A DNA stretch of 64,000 nt from Macrostomum lignano (taxonomy: Eukaryota). The stretch lies in contig NIVC01000296.1 in assembly GCA_002269645.1 (NCBI GenBank), positions 639,015-703,014 on the forward strand, given 5' to 3'. Each line of letters begins with the position of its first letter. The first letter of the stretch is position 1. Below, one piece after another: positions 12,337 to 23,330 of this stretch. The notes under the pieces are model-generated. The model saw nothing but the letters and a program-made list of their open reading frames with translations. It made no database searches and had not been told where the DNA came from. The position numbers and the translations under genes are program-made.

Positions 12337-15300
12337 TTTGACTCAGCTGCAGGGTGGTCCGTAGACAGCGGGGAGGCGAGGGTCGCCCATTCCGCTAGCC
12401 CCTGAAGGCCCGCAGACAGGCAGAGGCGTGGGGCCGGTCAGGGTGGTCCGCCGGTCCGTCCTGCAGCGTGATCTTGCGTGGGGAAGAAAGTGGCTCGTCT
12501 TGTCGCCCGAAGGAACTGGATGAGCCGTGGGGTGCTGTCGGGCTGGCAGACCTCGTCAATGGACGGGTTCGGCTCGAGGTAGCGTAGCCAGTCTCTGGTA
12601 AAGAAAGGGCAGTGACAAACAAAGTGCTGAGCATCTTCATTGTCGTACTCGCAAAAAGGGTAAAGTTCACTTTCGAGGTCGCCTCGGAGGAAGCGTTGCC
12701 TGGCGAGGTAGCCATGACCGGTAAAGGTAATGACGAGGGCTCGGATATCCTTCCGATTTTGGTTCAGAAGGACGTTTCTGAGCCTGTGAGAGGGGCACGG
12801 AACCCCGGCACGAGATTGCCGGCAGTTTTGGGTGCCCGCCCATCTGTCTCTGTGGAGGGAGTCAGCCCAGTCATCGTTCTGACGATTGATGACTGTCGAA
12901 GGGATAGGGACCAGGGGAGCAGGGCCAAAGCAAGAGCCAGAGCCGCCCCTCTTGGCGAGGGTGTCTGCCAGCTCGTTCCCCGGAAACCCTGCGTGCCCTG
13001 GGATCCACTTCAGCCTGACAGTATTGCTACTGGCCAGGAGGTTGAGCTGCCGGACGCAGTCGGCGACTGTCCGGGAGTTCGTTGTGGTGTGGCACAGGGC
13101 CTGTAAGGCCGCTTGGCTATCAGAGTGGATGACAATAGTCTCTCCTGCAGCGCAGGAGCTGATGGCAAGGACTTCGTTCTGGAAGACTGTGGAGAGTCTG
13201 CGAGTGCGCTGGGCATGCGTGGCAATGACGCGGCCGTTGATGATGATGCAGACCCCAAAGCCGGAATGGCCGTCTTTGATGGATCCGTCCGTGTAGCAAT
13301 GGACCTCCTGGAAATTCCAGTGGTCATTAGCAGCATCCCTAGAGGGGATGGTGACCTTGTAGCGCTGAAAGAGGTTGAGAGTGCGGGGTTCGCCGTCAGG
13401 TAAGACGTGGAGCCCGCCGCTTTCTCTCAAGTCTTTTAGGCAGAGATCGGCGTGAGGCAGGAGCTTGCGCTTAGCCATGGCCCTATGGAGCAGGATACGA
13501 ATGCCAGAGTCAATCAGACGGCGGGCAGTCTTGGCCGCTTCCCTGCGAACGAAGATGTCCAGCGGGGGAATGTTGAGGAAGGCGTTGAGGCCATCGTAAG
13601 GAGCAGACGGGGGGCGCTCATGATCATGCGGCATGCGCACCCTTGCGCTCTCCTGAGAGCCTCCAGGCAGGTCTTCATCTGTAGGGCGCTAGCCCAGATC
13701 AGGCCGCCATACGAGATAGCAGGCCTAACCATTGCAGTGTAGATCCACCAGAAGCGCTTGGGGGTGAGCCCCCAGGTGGTGCCGACAACCCTGCGCAGTT
13801 GCACGAGGACTGCGAGGGCCCTCTTGGCTTTTGCTTAAACGTGGGGTGACCAGTTCAGCCTGTGGTCCAGGGTAATACCCAGACATTTAGTCTGCTTGCA
13901 GAAGGGGATTTCCCTTCCGTAAAGCGTGAGCAGCCGAATCTGCCACTTGGTCCTGCTGGTGAACATGATCGCTGCGGTCTTAGTCTCAGAGAGCTTTAGA
14001 CCACAGCGATCCGCCCATTGCTCAGCGGCATAGATAAAATTCTGAAGAAGGTCCCTGAGGGTGTCATGGGACGGACCAGATGCCACCGCGGTGACATCGT
14101 CCGCATATCCTACTTTCAGAATGGGGTCAGGCCTTGCGGGAAGTGGCGTGGTGCAGGAGCCCGTTGACTTCGAGGTCAGGGTGCAGCTTTAGCAGGATCT
14201 GCCTAAGCTGATCTCCGGACTTAATGGCACTGCCGGCCGGGATCCAGACGCGAAAGCGCTGGGTCTTTTGTCGCTCGCCCTCACTGGCGAAGACGAGCTT
14301 GCCGAGCTTCTTGGGCCAGTTCAACTTTGGCAGAAGCTCGCGTAGACTGCGGCTGCTCTCCTCCGAGTTGCACCATCTGAAGATGCAGCCGTCGGTCTTG
14401 GCAGATTTGACCACGCTCACAGGGCGGCCTGCCTGGAGCTGGTCAATGAGCGCAATGGTGCGCCAGGCACTGTCGAGCTCGTCAGCCGTGAGGTCTTGCT
14501 CTTCACCGAAGACGATGACCGCCGGTTGGAGCTTGACCTTTGAGGCGTAGTTGTTGACGGCGGTTCCCGAAGGCCCTGCCGCGCTGGTAGCAGGTTTACT
14601 GGGTGGCTCACCAGCGGGGGTTGTATCCTAAGGGGCAGGGGTTGCTGTGGTTCCTTTCGGCCCAACAGCAGCCTCGCCCTCCCTAGGTTCCCCCTCCGCC
14701 GGTGGCCGGCCCGCAGTACCCCGTAGTCGCCGTCGCCGCTCGTTGCGGCGCTGGTTGCGGGCACGTCGGGCCTCCGCGGAGGGCCCGGGTGCGCGTGCGG
14801 GCATGTCACCGGACGAGCCGGCGGCGGCCCATCTGCCCCCGGTGGGGCGGCGCTGGCGCCAGAGTCACCGGCCGGAGTTGCCGGGGTCCCGGCTTCAGCG
14901 GGATTTTTAGAGGCGGAGGATGCCATAGCTGAAAGCGGGAAGGAGTGAGCTGAGTCACAAAAGAAAGGGTGAAAAAGAAAAAGAAAAGGACCACTAGCGA
15001 CCGGACAACCCCCCGGCCTTCCAGCCCATCGGCACGGTCAACACCTTAGGCATTAAGGGGTACATTAAGCAGTACCACGGCCTGCAGGCTGGCAAGCCAG
15101 ACCCGCATACCCAAATTCGGCCGAAGCCACTGGATGGGTCGCCAGCGTCGGAGCCCAGTCTGTCCAGCAGCCCTAGGGTCTGCCTTGAACACACGCGGGG
15201 ACGAGTACCCCTGGGTCGACTTGCGAGACAGCGTGGGGGGGGGGTGGGGGTCTGCGGCTGCCAGCGGCAAATAGAGGGTGCAGACCTCCCACCAGCCTTT

Positions 15301-15401
15301 ACCTGCTGAAGATGGGGGCAGGCGTGAGGCATCGCAGACCGTAGCCCATAGGCCTGGTCTGTCTCATACTTCACAGGCGTGCTGAATACACCTTCGCGTG
15401 C
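12337..15401 (-). mobile_element. LOA-clade (I group) non-LTR retrotransposon, internally deleted and with frameshifts. It retains the 5' UTR, ORF1 remnants, the C-terminal half of RT and RNase H.
   Basis: RT motif KVGYADDV near 14090-14115. LOA-like TWGLTPKRFWWIYTAMVRPAISYG. RNase H CYTDGS..VFQNEVLAI..IHSDSQAAL..WIPGHAGFPGNELADTLAK. The 13-bp direct repeat attaacagacagc at 12324-12336 and 15402-15414 is consistent with a TSD. ORF1 abuts YADD, so the APE domain and RT N-terminus are missing. Confidence 0.85.
15154..15401 (-). ncRNA. Putative HDV-like self-cleaving ribozyme at the LINE 5' end
   Basis: Hand fold: P1 GCACGCG/CGCGUGU with a G1-U wobble; P2 CCCAG/CUGGG; P3 GGG/CCC around L3 UACUCGU; P1.1 AC/GU; P4 hairpin at 15188-15163; J4/2 CAGA with the putative catalytic C at 15162; J1/2 of 179 nt. 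G1 coincides with the TSD-defined element boundary. Confidence 0.8.
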
Positions 15402-15562
15402 ATTAACAGACAGCATTCTGTGTCAGCAAGGCATCAAACTCAATAATTAACAGACAGCATTCTGTGTCAGCAAGGCATCAAACTCAATAATTAACAGACA
15501 GCATTCTGTGTCAGCAAGGCATCAAACTCAATAATTAACAGACAGCATTCTGTGTCAGCAAG
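15402..15562. repeat. 44-bp tandem repeat, right part
   Basis: Same unit as 11934-12336, about 3.5 copies. Confidence 0.95.
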
Positions 15563-16329
15563 CGAATCCGACTGCTTCAAGAGCCGCTCCGCTCCCCCAC
15601 AGCCCATCGCTCTCGCAGTCACGATGAGGCACTCAGGAAGCTGTGCAGCATCAGCTCCGCGGTGCCCGCTCGTTTCCTCGAGCAGATCCATGAGCAGATC
15701 TGCAGGTGGAGCAGTTAGTTTTAGCGTGTTGAAAATGTACATGTATCTACTATCCTTGCTTGATATGTCTCGACAATAATGTAGATAATATTTTAATTGC
15801 ATATGCAGGTTAAAGCGTTTTCTTTAAGGTCTGCCAAGAAGACTGGCTCGGTCGGGGCCACCTCAATTTGTTGGATATCTTTAAAGTGAGTTGGAGTTGC
15901 CCTTGTGCGAAGGCTCATGAAGCGAGACCTGATTACACTTGCATCCTCGAATTCCTGGTGAGTCACACTGCTAGGGTACGAAGTTCTGGGGTTATATGAT
16001 GCTTTCCTTGTCGTCTACCTGAAACATGGGCAGCTCGAGCGTCTGGCATAAGAACTGGCTAGCCTCAAGGTCCACACTTGCACCCGCCGGGCACAATGCA
16101 CCCATGATCAAAGAGACCGTCTTTACGGCTAGTCTACATGTAGTTAGCAGACCTTCAATAGGAGTTGAACACCACGAATTCGGCAACCACCAATAAATCA
16201 GTAGGCGGAATGGCAAGGGGGAGCTCACACTTGAAACCATGTCCGCGGGCCACATGCGGCCCACAAAGCATCTCTATCCGGCCCTCGGGTCCATTTGAAA
16301 CTTCTCAGTAACAATCCGGCCCGCTCAAA

Positions 16330-16590
16330 GTTTGTTTCTCTTCTTAGCTCTCTTCCATCACCTCTCTTCTATCACCTTCCCTCTCCTCTCCTCTCCTCTC
16401 CTCTCCTCTCCTCTCCCTTTTCCTCTTCCTTCCCTTCTCTCTCCTCTCCTCTCCTCTCCTCTCCTCTCCTCTCCATTTTCCTCTTCCTTCCCTCCTCTCT
16501 CCTCTCCTCTCCTCTCTTCTCCTTTATTTCTTTGCCTCTCCTTTCTCTTTTTTCATTTCTCTATTCCCTCTCGATCCTCTCTCCCCTCCT
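16330..16590. repeat. (CTCCT)n-rich polypyrimidine low-complexity tract
   Basis: Directly visible. Confidence 0.85.
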
Positions 16591-16857
16591 CTGGCCCGCA
16601 GTCATGCGCTGGGTTCTCTACCTGGCCCTGGATGTAAAAAGGTTGTCGACCCATGCTTTAAACGGCTGATTCGTGGAGCTGCCGTGGAGGACAGAGTGCC
16701 GTTGTACTGCAACGGAAATACCAATTTATAGGCTCGTACATCCTTGGTCTAAATCGAATTGAGTTGTCTATGGCAATCCTGAGGCTTCGAATCGCGAACA
16801 GAGCGCTGCCTCAACCCAAGCAACTGCCGCATCTTAGAAAATTTCTTCTTTAACCAG

Positions 16858-18206
16858 TCAAGTTGCAGTTCATCCGCACCTCTGCACTGCTCAAGCTCAT
16901 GCTGAAGCGCCTCTGGTTCCGGCTGCGTCGGCGCGACGGAAATTCTCGCCGATTATCCACGGCGTCATTTTGTCGACCTCTCCGGAATCGCAGCAACCAG
17001 AAAGCCGGCAAGGGCGAAGATGCCAAGGACGTCGATCCGGCTTTGGAGACTGAAGTGGATGATGAGGGAAAACCGGGTAGCCAGCCGCTGCCGCACCCCG
17101 CCTATCAGCCAATGCGAGTCGAGCCCGTGCTGGAGCTGCCAGTGCACTACTGGTTCCACGTCTACCTGCACAGCTACGACAGCGACCGGCTGCTCACCCC
17201 GTTTGTCAGATCAATGATGGAGGACTTTCCTACAGACAGGCGCCTGCTCAGCATCATGAATAGGTGTCTGGTGAGCGTTGCCTCTGATAACAAGAATTGC
17301 GATAAAACACTCAGCATCCTCAGACATCAGTCAGAATCTCCAAAAACTACTCAGCATCTCCACAAATGACTCAGAATATCCACACATCACTCAGCATCTC
17401 CACAAACCACTCAGAATCTCCAAAAACTACTCAGAATCTCCACAAATCACTCAGCATTTCCACAAATCATTTAGCATCCCCAGAAGTCACTCAGCATCTC
17501 CACAAATCATTCAGCATTCCTAGAAATCACTCAGCATCTCCACAAATCATTCAGCATTCCTAGAAATCACTCAGAATCCCCACAAATCATTCAGCATCCC
17601 AGAAATCACTCAGCATTCCCAGAAATCACTCAGCATTCCCAGAAATCACTCAGCATTCCCAGAAATCAATCAGCATTCCCAGAAATCACTCAGCATCCCC
17701 AGAAATCACTCAGCATTCCCAGAAATCACTCAGCATTCCCAGAAATCACTCAGCATCCCCAGAAATCACTCAGCATCCCCAGAAATCACTCAGCATCCCC
17801 AGAAATCACTCAGCATCCCCAGAAATCACTCAGCATCCCCAGAAATCACTCAGCATCCCCAGAAATCACTCAGCATCCCCAGAAATCACTCAGCATCCCC
17901 AGAAATCACTCAGCATCCCCAGAAATCACTCAGCACTCACACCCATCAACTTGAGTTTATTGCTCACTGCTTCAGGTGAGAGTGTCCCTGGGACAGCTGG
18001 AGATGTACAAATCGCTACCACGCTACGTATTCATTCTAAACGGAGCCAACTGGGACTCAATAATTGGTGCCCTGGTCGAGATGGAGGCGGCCTTCCCCGA
18101 GCTGTTGCGGTTCGCCAGTCACCCGCTGCTGGTGGACACTCCGACGCAGCGGTTCTCGACGTCATACTGGCGCCAGACGGCCTTGCAGACTCGCATGACG
18201 AGATGA
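16858..18206 (+). CDS. Last two coding exons (16858-17270, 17976-18206) of an unidentified gene. Upstream exons are unresolved; 15828-15958 is a candidate.
   Basis: Acceptor ttctttaaccag, donor ctg/gtgagc and acceptor tgcttcag join in phase 0. The translation is complex and protein-like (ELPVHYWFHVYLHSYDSDRLL...YVFILNGANWDSIIGALVEMEAAFPELL) and ends in TGA. No family recognised. Confidence 0.55.
17300..17935. repeat. 20-bp intronic minisatellite (cagaaatcactcagcatccc)
   Basis: Degenerate on the left, homogeneous on the right. Confidence 0.9.
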
Positions 18207-18652
18207 GTGAGACGTTGAAGTCTCACCTATACGTGTCCTACAAAAGCTTTCTCGTTGCGAAAGGGCCAGAGTTGCAAAAACACAATAATATGTTTATTGC
18301 ACGATGTTGTTTTTTTCGTTGGCTAAGGCCTGTGTTGGAGCTGGTGCGCAGCGCAGAAAGCTAGAAGCATCTTACTTTGTACTAGTATATAATTAGTATT
18401 TTATTTAGGTAAGAGTTACAAAAACTGCAAGCTAGCAACTGCCCACCCTTTGCACGCATAGAATGTATATGCTTATCTTACTGGTGTTGTTTTAACTACG
18501 AGACTATTTTTCAACTATAATAAACATTATAACTCACAACAGCTAGTACTGCACAATTATAAGTGTCGTGTTTGAATGGAGTCTGTGTATAGCTTTGAGT
18601 CTCAATTATGTTCTATGTTACGCTCGTAGCTGTGTGCTTCATCTTATGCTTT

Positions 18653-18724
18653 TACTCCCCGCCAACAATGCTACTGACCCCTGCCAACAATGCTACTGAC
18701 CCCTGCCAACAATGCTACTGACCC
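18653..18724. repeat. 22-bp tandem repeat (ctactgacccctgccaacaatg), left part of an array split by Copia
   Basis: About 3 copies. The array continues at 23331-24045. Confidence 0.9.
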
Positions 18725-21700
18725 TGTTGAAAAAGCAATGTAAATTGTATCTATGCTAATTATAGTAACTCGTTAGATTCCCCAAGTCTTAGAACTTTCT
18801 AGAACGATACTGTATAAGTTTGTCTATGCCTAAAACTAAAGCTATTAAATCAGCCTCTGGCTTCATCCTCTCTTAACTTTTCCCTTTTGCTCGTTGACTA
18901 AGAAATATACTCGATCAGCTACACTACTGCGTTTGAAAAGCCAACAGGTTATGGGCCCAGCACGCTTCCACTGCGCATAAGTGGTAGCTGATTCAGAGGC
19001 CTCGCTCAGACGGAAAATAGGCTTGTTCTCGACACGAACTTTCCGAAGAAATGGCGGATGATAAGTTTCAAGTCGACAAGCTGGGAAGCGGAAACTGGAC
19101 TACCTGGAAGATCCAGATTAAGTTCTGTCTTATAGCGAGGAAGCTCTGGGGAGTCGTCGACGGTTCTGTAATTCTCGCAGAGGATGCCACTCAGGAGCAA
19201 GAAAACGATTTTCGAGAGCAGCAACAGAGAGCTGCTGCAGTGATCGTTCTTTCAATCAAGAAAGAGTTAATCTATCTAATAACTTCGTGTGGCGAAGATC
19301 CACATCGTATGTGGCAAGCTCTCCAACAGCACTTCGAACGAGAATCAACTGCGAATAAGATCTATTTGAAGAAACAGCTTTTCCGGCTGCAGATGAGTGA
19401 AGGGACCCGCGTACAGGATCATATACGCCATATGAAGGAGCTGACCGACAAACTAGCCTCTATCAACGCACCCGTCAGTGAAGAGGACCAAGTGGTCATG
19501 CTGCTCAGCAGCCTGCCTGAGAGCTACTCTACCTTGGTTACTGCCTTGGAAGCTCGCGGTGATGATCTTACACTGCAGATGGTTCACCAAGCACTCATCA
19601 ACGAGGAGCAAAAGCGGAGTGAATTAAGTGAGCGAGGGTCTGGTGGTACACAGGGTGGAGAGTCTGCACTGAAGACCCAAAAAGGCCAAGGTCTGCCACG
19701 TCGTGCTATCAAATGTTTTAATTGCGGAAAGATGGGTCACTTTGCCCGAGACTGTCGTTCAGGAGGAGCGAAAAAGTTCGTCAAGGACCAAGGACCTGCA
19801 CGGTATGTCGCCAAAACAGCCGATGGTGCCGCGACCCGGGACATCGCTGAAACCTCGCTTGATGACTACGGACCTAAAAGTAGCTGCAACGAGACATTCT
19901 TTGTGTCGCCCGCGAAGACCAGCTCTGACATATCCACCTGGATAATTGACTCTGGAGCGTCCTGCCACATGACATACTCTAGAGAGCTACTAGTCAACTA
20001 TAAGCAGTTTGGACGACCTGAACGGGTCAGCCTAGGTGATGGTCGAACAGTCGAGGCCTGCGGCAGTGGTCAGGTAAAACTCATTATGCTCCTGCCACAT
20101 GGCAAGCGTTTCAAGACAGCTGTAACAGATGTACTTCTAGTGCCTCAGCTGTCGTGCAATCTGTTTAGTGTTCGAGCAGCAGCAGCAAAGGATAAAGTGA
20201 TACAGTTCGGTCACTCTAAATGCTGGATTCGCAACAAGGATGGACTCCTTGTTGGAAAGGGATCTGTTGTTAACAGAATGTACCAGCTTGACTGTGAAGT
20301 AAAATTGCCGGCGAACACTGCGGCAGTAGCAAATTCTGATTCACCAGACACAAGTGCAACTTTATGGCACCAGCGCCTTGGTCATGTCAATGAACACCAG
20401 CTAAATCAAATGAGCAAAGACCAACTCGTGAGTGGCATCCCCAAGTTGCAGACTGCATGTGTAGACTTCTGTGAAGGATGTATCGAGGGCAAAATGCACT
20501 GCAAGCCTCATAGGTCGATTTCCGAAATCCGCTCTACCGAAAGGCTACAACTAATTCACAGCGACATATGCGGTCCTATGCAAACAGAGTCATTTGGTGG
20601 AAACAAGTACTTCGTCACCTTTATTGATGACTACTCACGCTGCGTTAAGGTTTTCTTCATGCGACAAAGGTCAGAAGTGCTTGATAAGTTTAAGAAGTTT
20701 GAGGCCATGGTTACAACAGAAACAGGACTCAATATCAAAGCACTGCGAACTGACGGCGGCGGAGAGTATGCATCAAGCCAATTTACAAAATTCCTGGAGC
20801 AGAAGGGCATTCGGCATGAGACTACCGTGGCTCATACACCTCAGCAAAATGGCGTTGCTGAACGGATGAATCGCACTCTCGTTGAATCAGCCCGCACAAT
20901 GATGGCCCATGCTGGAGTAAGCAACCAGTTCTGGGCAGAAGCAGTAAACACCGCAGCTTATGTGCGAAATAGAGTCGTGACGACTGCTCTTACTCCGCAA
21001 ATGACGCCGTACCAGCGTTGGTATGGGCGCAAACCTAACGTTGGGCACTTTCGTGTTTTCGGCTGCGTAGCCTATGCCCACATACCAGATGTGAAGCGAA
21101 AGAAGCTAGACAAGAAGGCCGAAAAGCTACGGTTCGTTGGCTACAATACGGATGGAAGAAGCTACAGACTGTTTGATGAAAGGTTGAGAAAGACAGTCAT
21201 CCGCTACGATGTGGTGTTCAACGAGACTGATTTTGGAACCTCAAAGAATAGAGCAAGAGACAAGGACGCGAGCTGGTTCAACTTGGAACTTGATGAGCCC
21301 AATATGACAGAAGAGACACCAGGTCAAGAACAGGAACAGTCGACAGAAACTGATCAGAAGCGATATCCTCAACGTGAAAGGAGAGCCCCTGACCGTCTCA
21401 AATATGAAGGTGCAAAAGTGGCATCTGAAACCGAACACTTTGCGTTCAGAATGACCGAAATTGTCGAACCGAAAACGATCGACGAAGCCATGAAAGGTGA
21501 CTATGCGAAGCAGTGGAAAGCTGCCGCTGACTCAGAATATAATTCTTTGATGGAGAATGAAACCTGGGATCTGGTACGACTACCTGAAGGACGCAAGGCA
21601 ATCGGATGTAAATGGATCTTCAAGGTCAAGTATGACGGTGATGGCAAGGTAGATCGTTTTAAGGGAAGACTTGTTGCCAAGGGCTATTCACAAAAGTTCG

Positions 21701-23330
21701 GCATTGATTATGAAGAGACTTTCGCGCCAGTTGTAAAATTCCCATCAGTTCGTGCAATGTTGGCATTAGCGGCTAAACATGGATTACACGTTCACCAGAT
21801 GGACGTTGTAACTGCCTTTTTGAACGGCGAATTGTGCGAAGAAATTTACATGGAGCAGCCACCCGGTTTCGTCAAGCCAGGAGAGGAAGAGCTGGTCTGC
21901 AAGTTAAAGAAGTCGCTTTATGGACTTAAGCAAGCGCCCCGCTGTTGGAACAAAGCCTTTTGCGACTACCTAGCCAGAATTAACTTCGAGGAAAGCTCAG
22001 CCGACAGCTGTGTCTTCATTAGGAAAAGGGAGGATCTCACGGCCCTAGCTGTGTACGTTGACGACCTAATACTAATTGTGAAGAGTCTGGTGGAAATGCA
22101 ACAAATCAAGGATGAACTTTCCAAAAGGTTCAAGATGAAAGACATGGGCGAGTTGCACTACTGTCTAGGTGTCAACATCCAAGCAAACAAGGAGGACCGC
22201 TGTATCAAGCTTAATCAGAAGCAGTACATAACCAAACTGCTTGAACGCTATGGACTTGCAGAGGCGAACCCAGCCTTAACTCCGATGGATCCCAACGTAA
22301 AACTAGCCAAATACGACGAGGGCAGCAAGCCAGTTGACTCTACAGTTTACCAGTCAATGGTTGGAAGCTTGCTCTATGCAGCAACTGCTACACGTCCAGA
22401 CATCTCGTATGCAGTGGGAGTTGTCTCCAAGTTCAACAACAAACCACGAGAAATACATCTAACCGCAGTAAAACGCATCTTCCGATACCTAAAGGGAACA
22501 ATCGACTTTGGCCTAGAGTACAAATCTAGTGTAGAGAACTTGATCGGCTATTCTGATGCAGACTGGGCGAGTGACGTAGATGATCGACATTCCACCTCTG
22601 GCATCGTGTTTAAGCTATCTGGTGGCGCTATCAGCTGGCTTAGCAAGAAGCAATCAACTGTCTCACTCTCGACAACGGAAGCTGAGTACGTTGCGCTGAG
22701 CTCTGCAGCACAAGAAGCCATGTGGCTACGGCGGCTACTAAGTGATCTTGAAAGATCAGGATCTGAGCGACCCACTGTGATCTACGAGGACAACCAAGGA
22801 ACCATTGCTCTTTCTGAGAATTCTGCTGGAAGTCGACGGACAAAGCACATTGATATCAGACATCACTTCATTCGTGAAGCCGTCAGCAATGGGACTATTC
22901 GGGTGGTCTACTGTCCAACTGGCGATATGGTTGCAGATGCGCTTACTAAGCCGTTACCGAAGGACAAGTTCATGCAACTGCGAACAATGCTTGGAGTTGT
23001 TAAAATGTAACAGAGGAGTTTGAATTTACTGACATCTTAATCAGAATTTTGTGAAGACTGGACAAATTTTTGTAACCGCATAGATAGACAATTTTCATTA
23101 AGTGGGAGTGTTGAAAAAGTAATGTAAATTGTATCTATGCTAATTATAGTAACTCGTTAGATTCCCCAAGTCTTAGAACTTTCTAGAACGATACTGTATA
23201 AGTTTGTCTATGCCTAAAACTAAAGCTATTAAATCAGCCTCTGGCTTCATCCTCTCTTAACTTTTCCCTTTTGCTCGTTGACTAAGAAATATACTCGATC
23301 AGCTACACTACTGCGTTTGAAAAGCCAACA
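18725..23330 (+). mobile_element. Full-length Ty1/Copia LTR retrotransposon
   Basis: 222-bp TG...CA LTRs at 18725-18946 and 23109-23330 with one mismatch seen. 5-bp TSD GACCC. PBS GGTTATGGGCCCAG at 18947-18960. Polypurine tract just before the 3' LTR. Confidence 0.97.
19051..23010 (+). CDS. Copia gag-pol polyprotein (gag, CCHC knuckle, protease, integrase, RT, RNase H), 1319 aa, uninterrupted
   Basis: CFNCGKMGHFARDC, WIIDSGASCHM, GAG-pre-integrase WHQRLGH, integrase HSDICGP...QQNGVAERMNR, RT YVDDL and RNase H YSDADWA. Integrase precedes RT, as in Copia. Confidence 0.97.
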   Translation: MADDKFQVDKLGSGNWTTWKIQIKFCLIARKLWGVVDGSVILAEDATQEQENDFREQQQRAAAVIVLSIKKELIYLITSCGEDPHRMWQALQQHFERESTANKIYLKKQLFRLQMSEGTRVQDHIRHMKELTDKLASINAPVSEEDQVVMLLSSLPESYSTLVTALEARGDDLTLQMVHQALINEEQKRSELSERGSGGTQGGESALKTQKGQGLPRRAIKCFNCGKMGHFARDCRSGGAKKFVKDQGPARYVAKTADGAATRDIAETSLDDYGPKSSCNETFFVSPAKTSSDISTWIIDSGASCHMTYSRELLVNYKQFGRPERVSLGDGRTVEACGSGQVKLIMLLPHGKRFKTAVTDVLLVPQLSCNLFSVRAAAAKDKVIQFGHSKCWIRNKDGLLVGKGSVVNRMYQLDCEVKLPANTAAVANSDSPDTSATLWHQRLGHVNEHQLNQMSKDQLVSGIPKLQTACVDFCEGCIEGKMHCKPHRSISEIRSTERLQLIHSDICGPMQTESFGGNKYFVTFIDDYSRCVKVFFMRQRSEVLDKFKKFEAMVTTETGLNIKALRTDGGGEYASSQFTKFLEQKGIRHETTVAHTPQQNGVAERMNRTLVESARTMMAHAGVSNQFWAEAVNTAAYVRNRVVTTALTPQMTPYQRWYGRKPNVGHFRVFGCVAYAHIPDVKRKKLDKKAEKLRFVGYNTDGRSYRLFDERLRKTVIRYDVVFNETDFGTSKNRARDKDASWFNLELDEPNMTEETPGQEQEQSTETDQKRYPQRERRAPDRLKYEGAKVASETEHFAFRMTEIVEPKTIDEAMKGDYAKQWKAAADSEYNSLMENETWDLVRLPEGRKAIGCKWIFKVKYDGDGKVDRFKGRLVAKGYSQKFGIDYEETFAPVVKFPSVRAMLALAAKHGLHVHQMDVVTAFLNGELCEEIYMEQPPGFVKPGEEELVCKLKKSLYGLKQAPRCWNKAFCDYLARINFEESSADSCVFIRKREDLTALAVYVDDLILIVKSLVEMQQIKDELSKRFKMKDMGELHYCLGVNIQANKEDRCIKLNQKQYITKLLERYGLAEANPALTPMDPNVKLAKYDEGSKPVDSTVYQSMVGSLLYAATATRPDISYAVGVVSKFNNKPREIHLTAVKRIFRYLKGTIDFGLEYKSSVENLIGYSDADWASDVDDRHSTSGIVFKLSGGAISWLSKKQSTVSLSTTEAEYVALSSAAQEAMWLRRLLSDLERSGSERPTVIYEDNQGTIALSENSAGSRRTKHIDIRHHFIREAVSNGTIRVVYCPTGDMVADALTKPLPKDKFMQLRTMLGVVKM

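Noticed and set aside
12612-13742. Plus-strand ORFs of 96-164 aa
   Set aside because: Antisense shadows of the GC-rich LINE pol sequence.
15491-15802. 103-aa minus-strand ORF running into the 44-bp array
   Set aside because: I could not splice it in phase to neighbouring candidates, and there is no recognisable domain.
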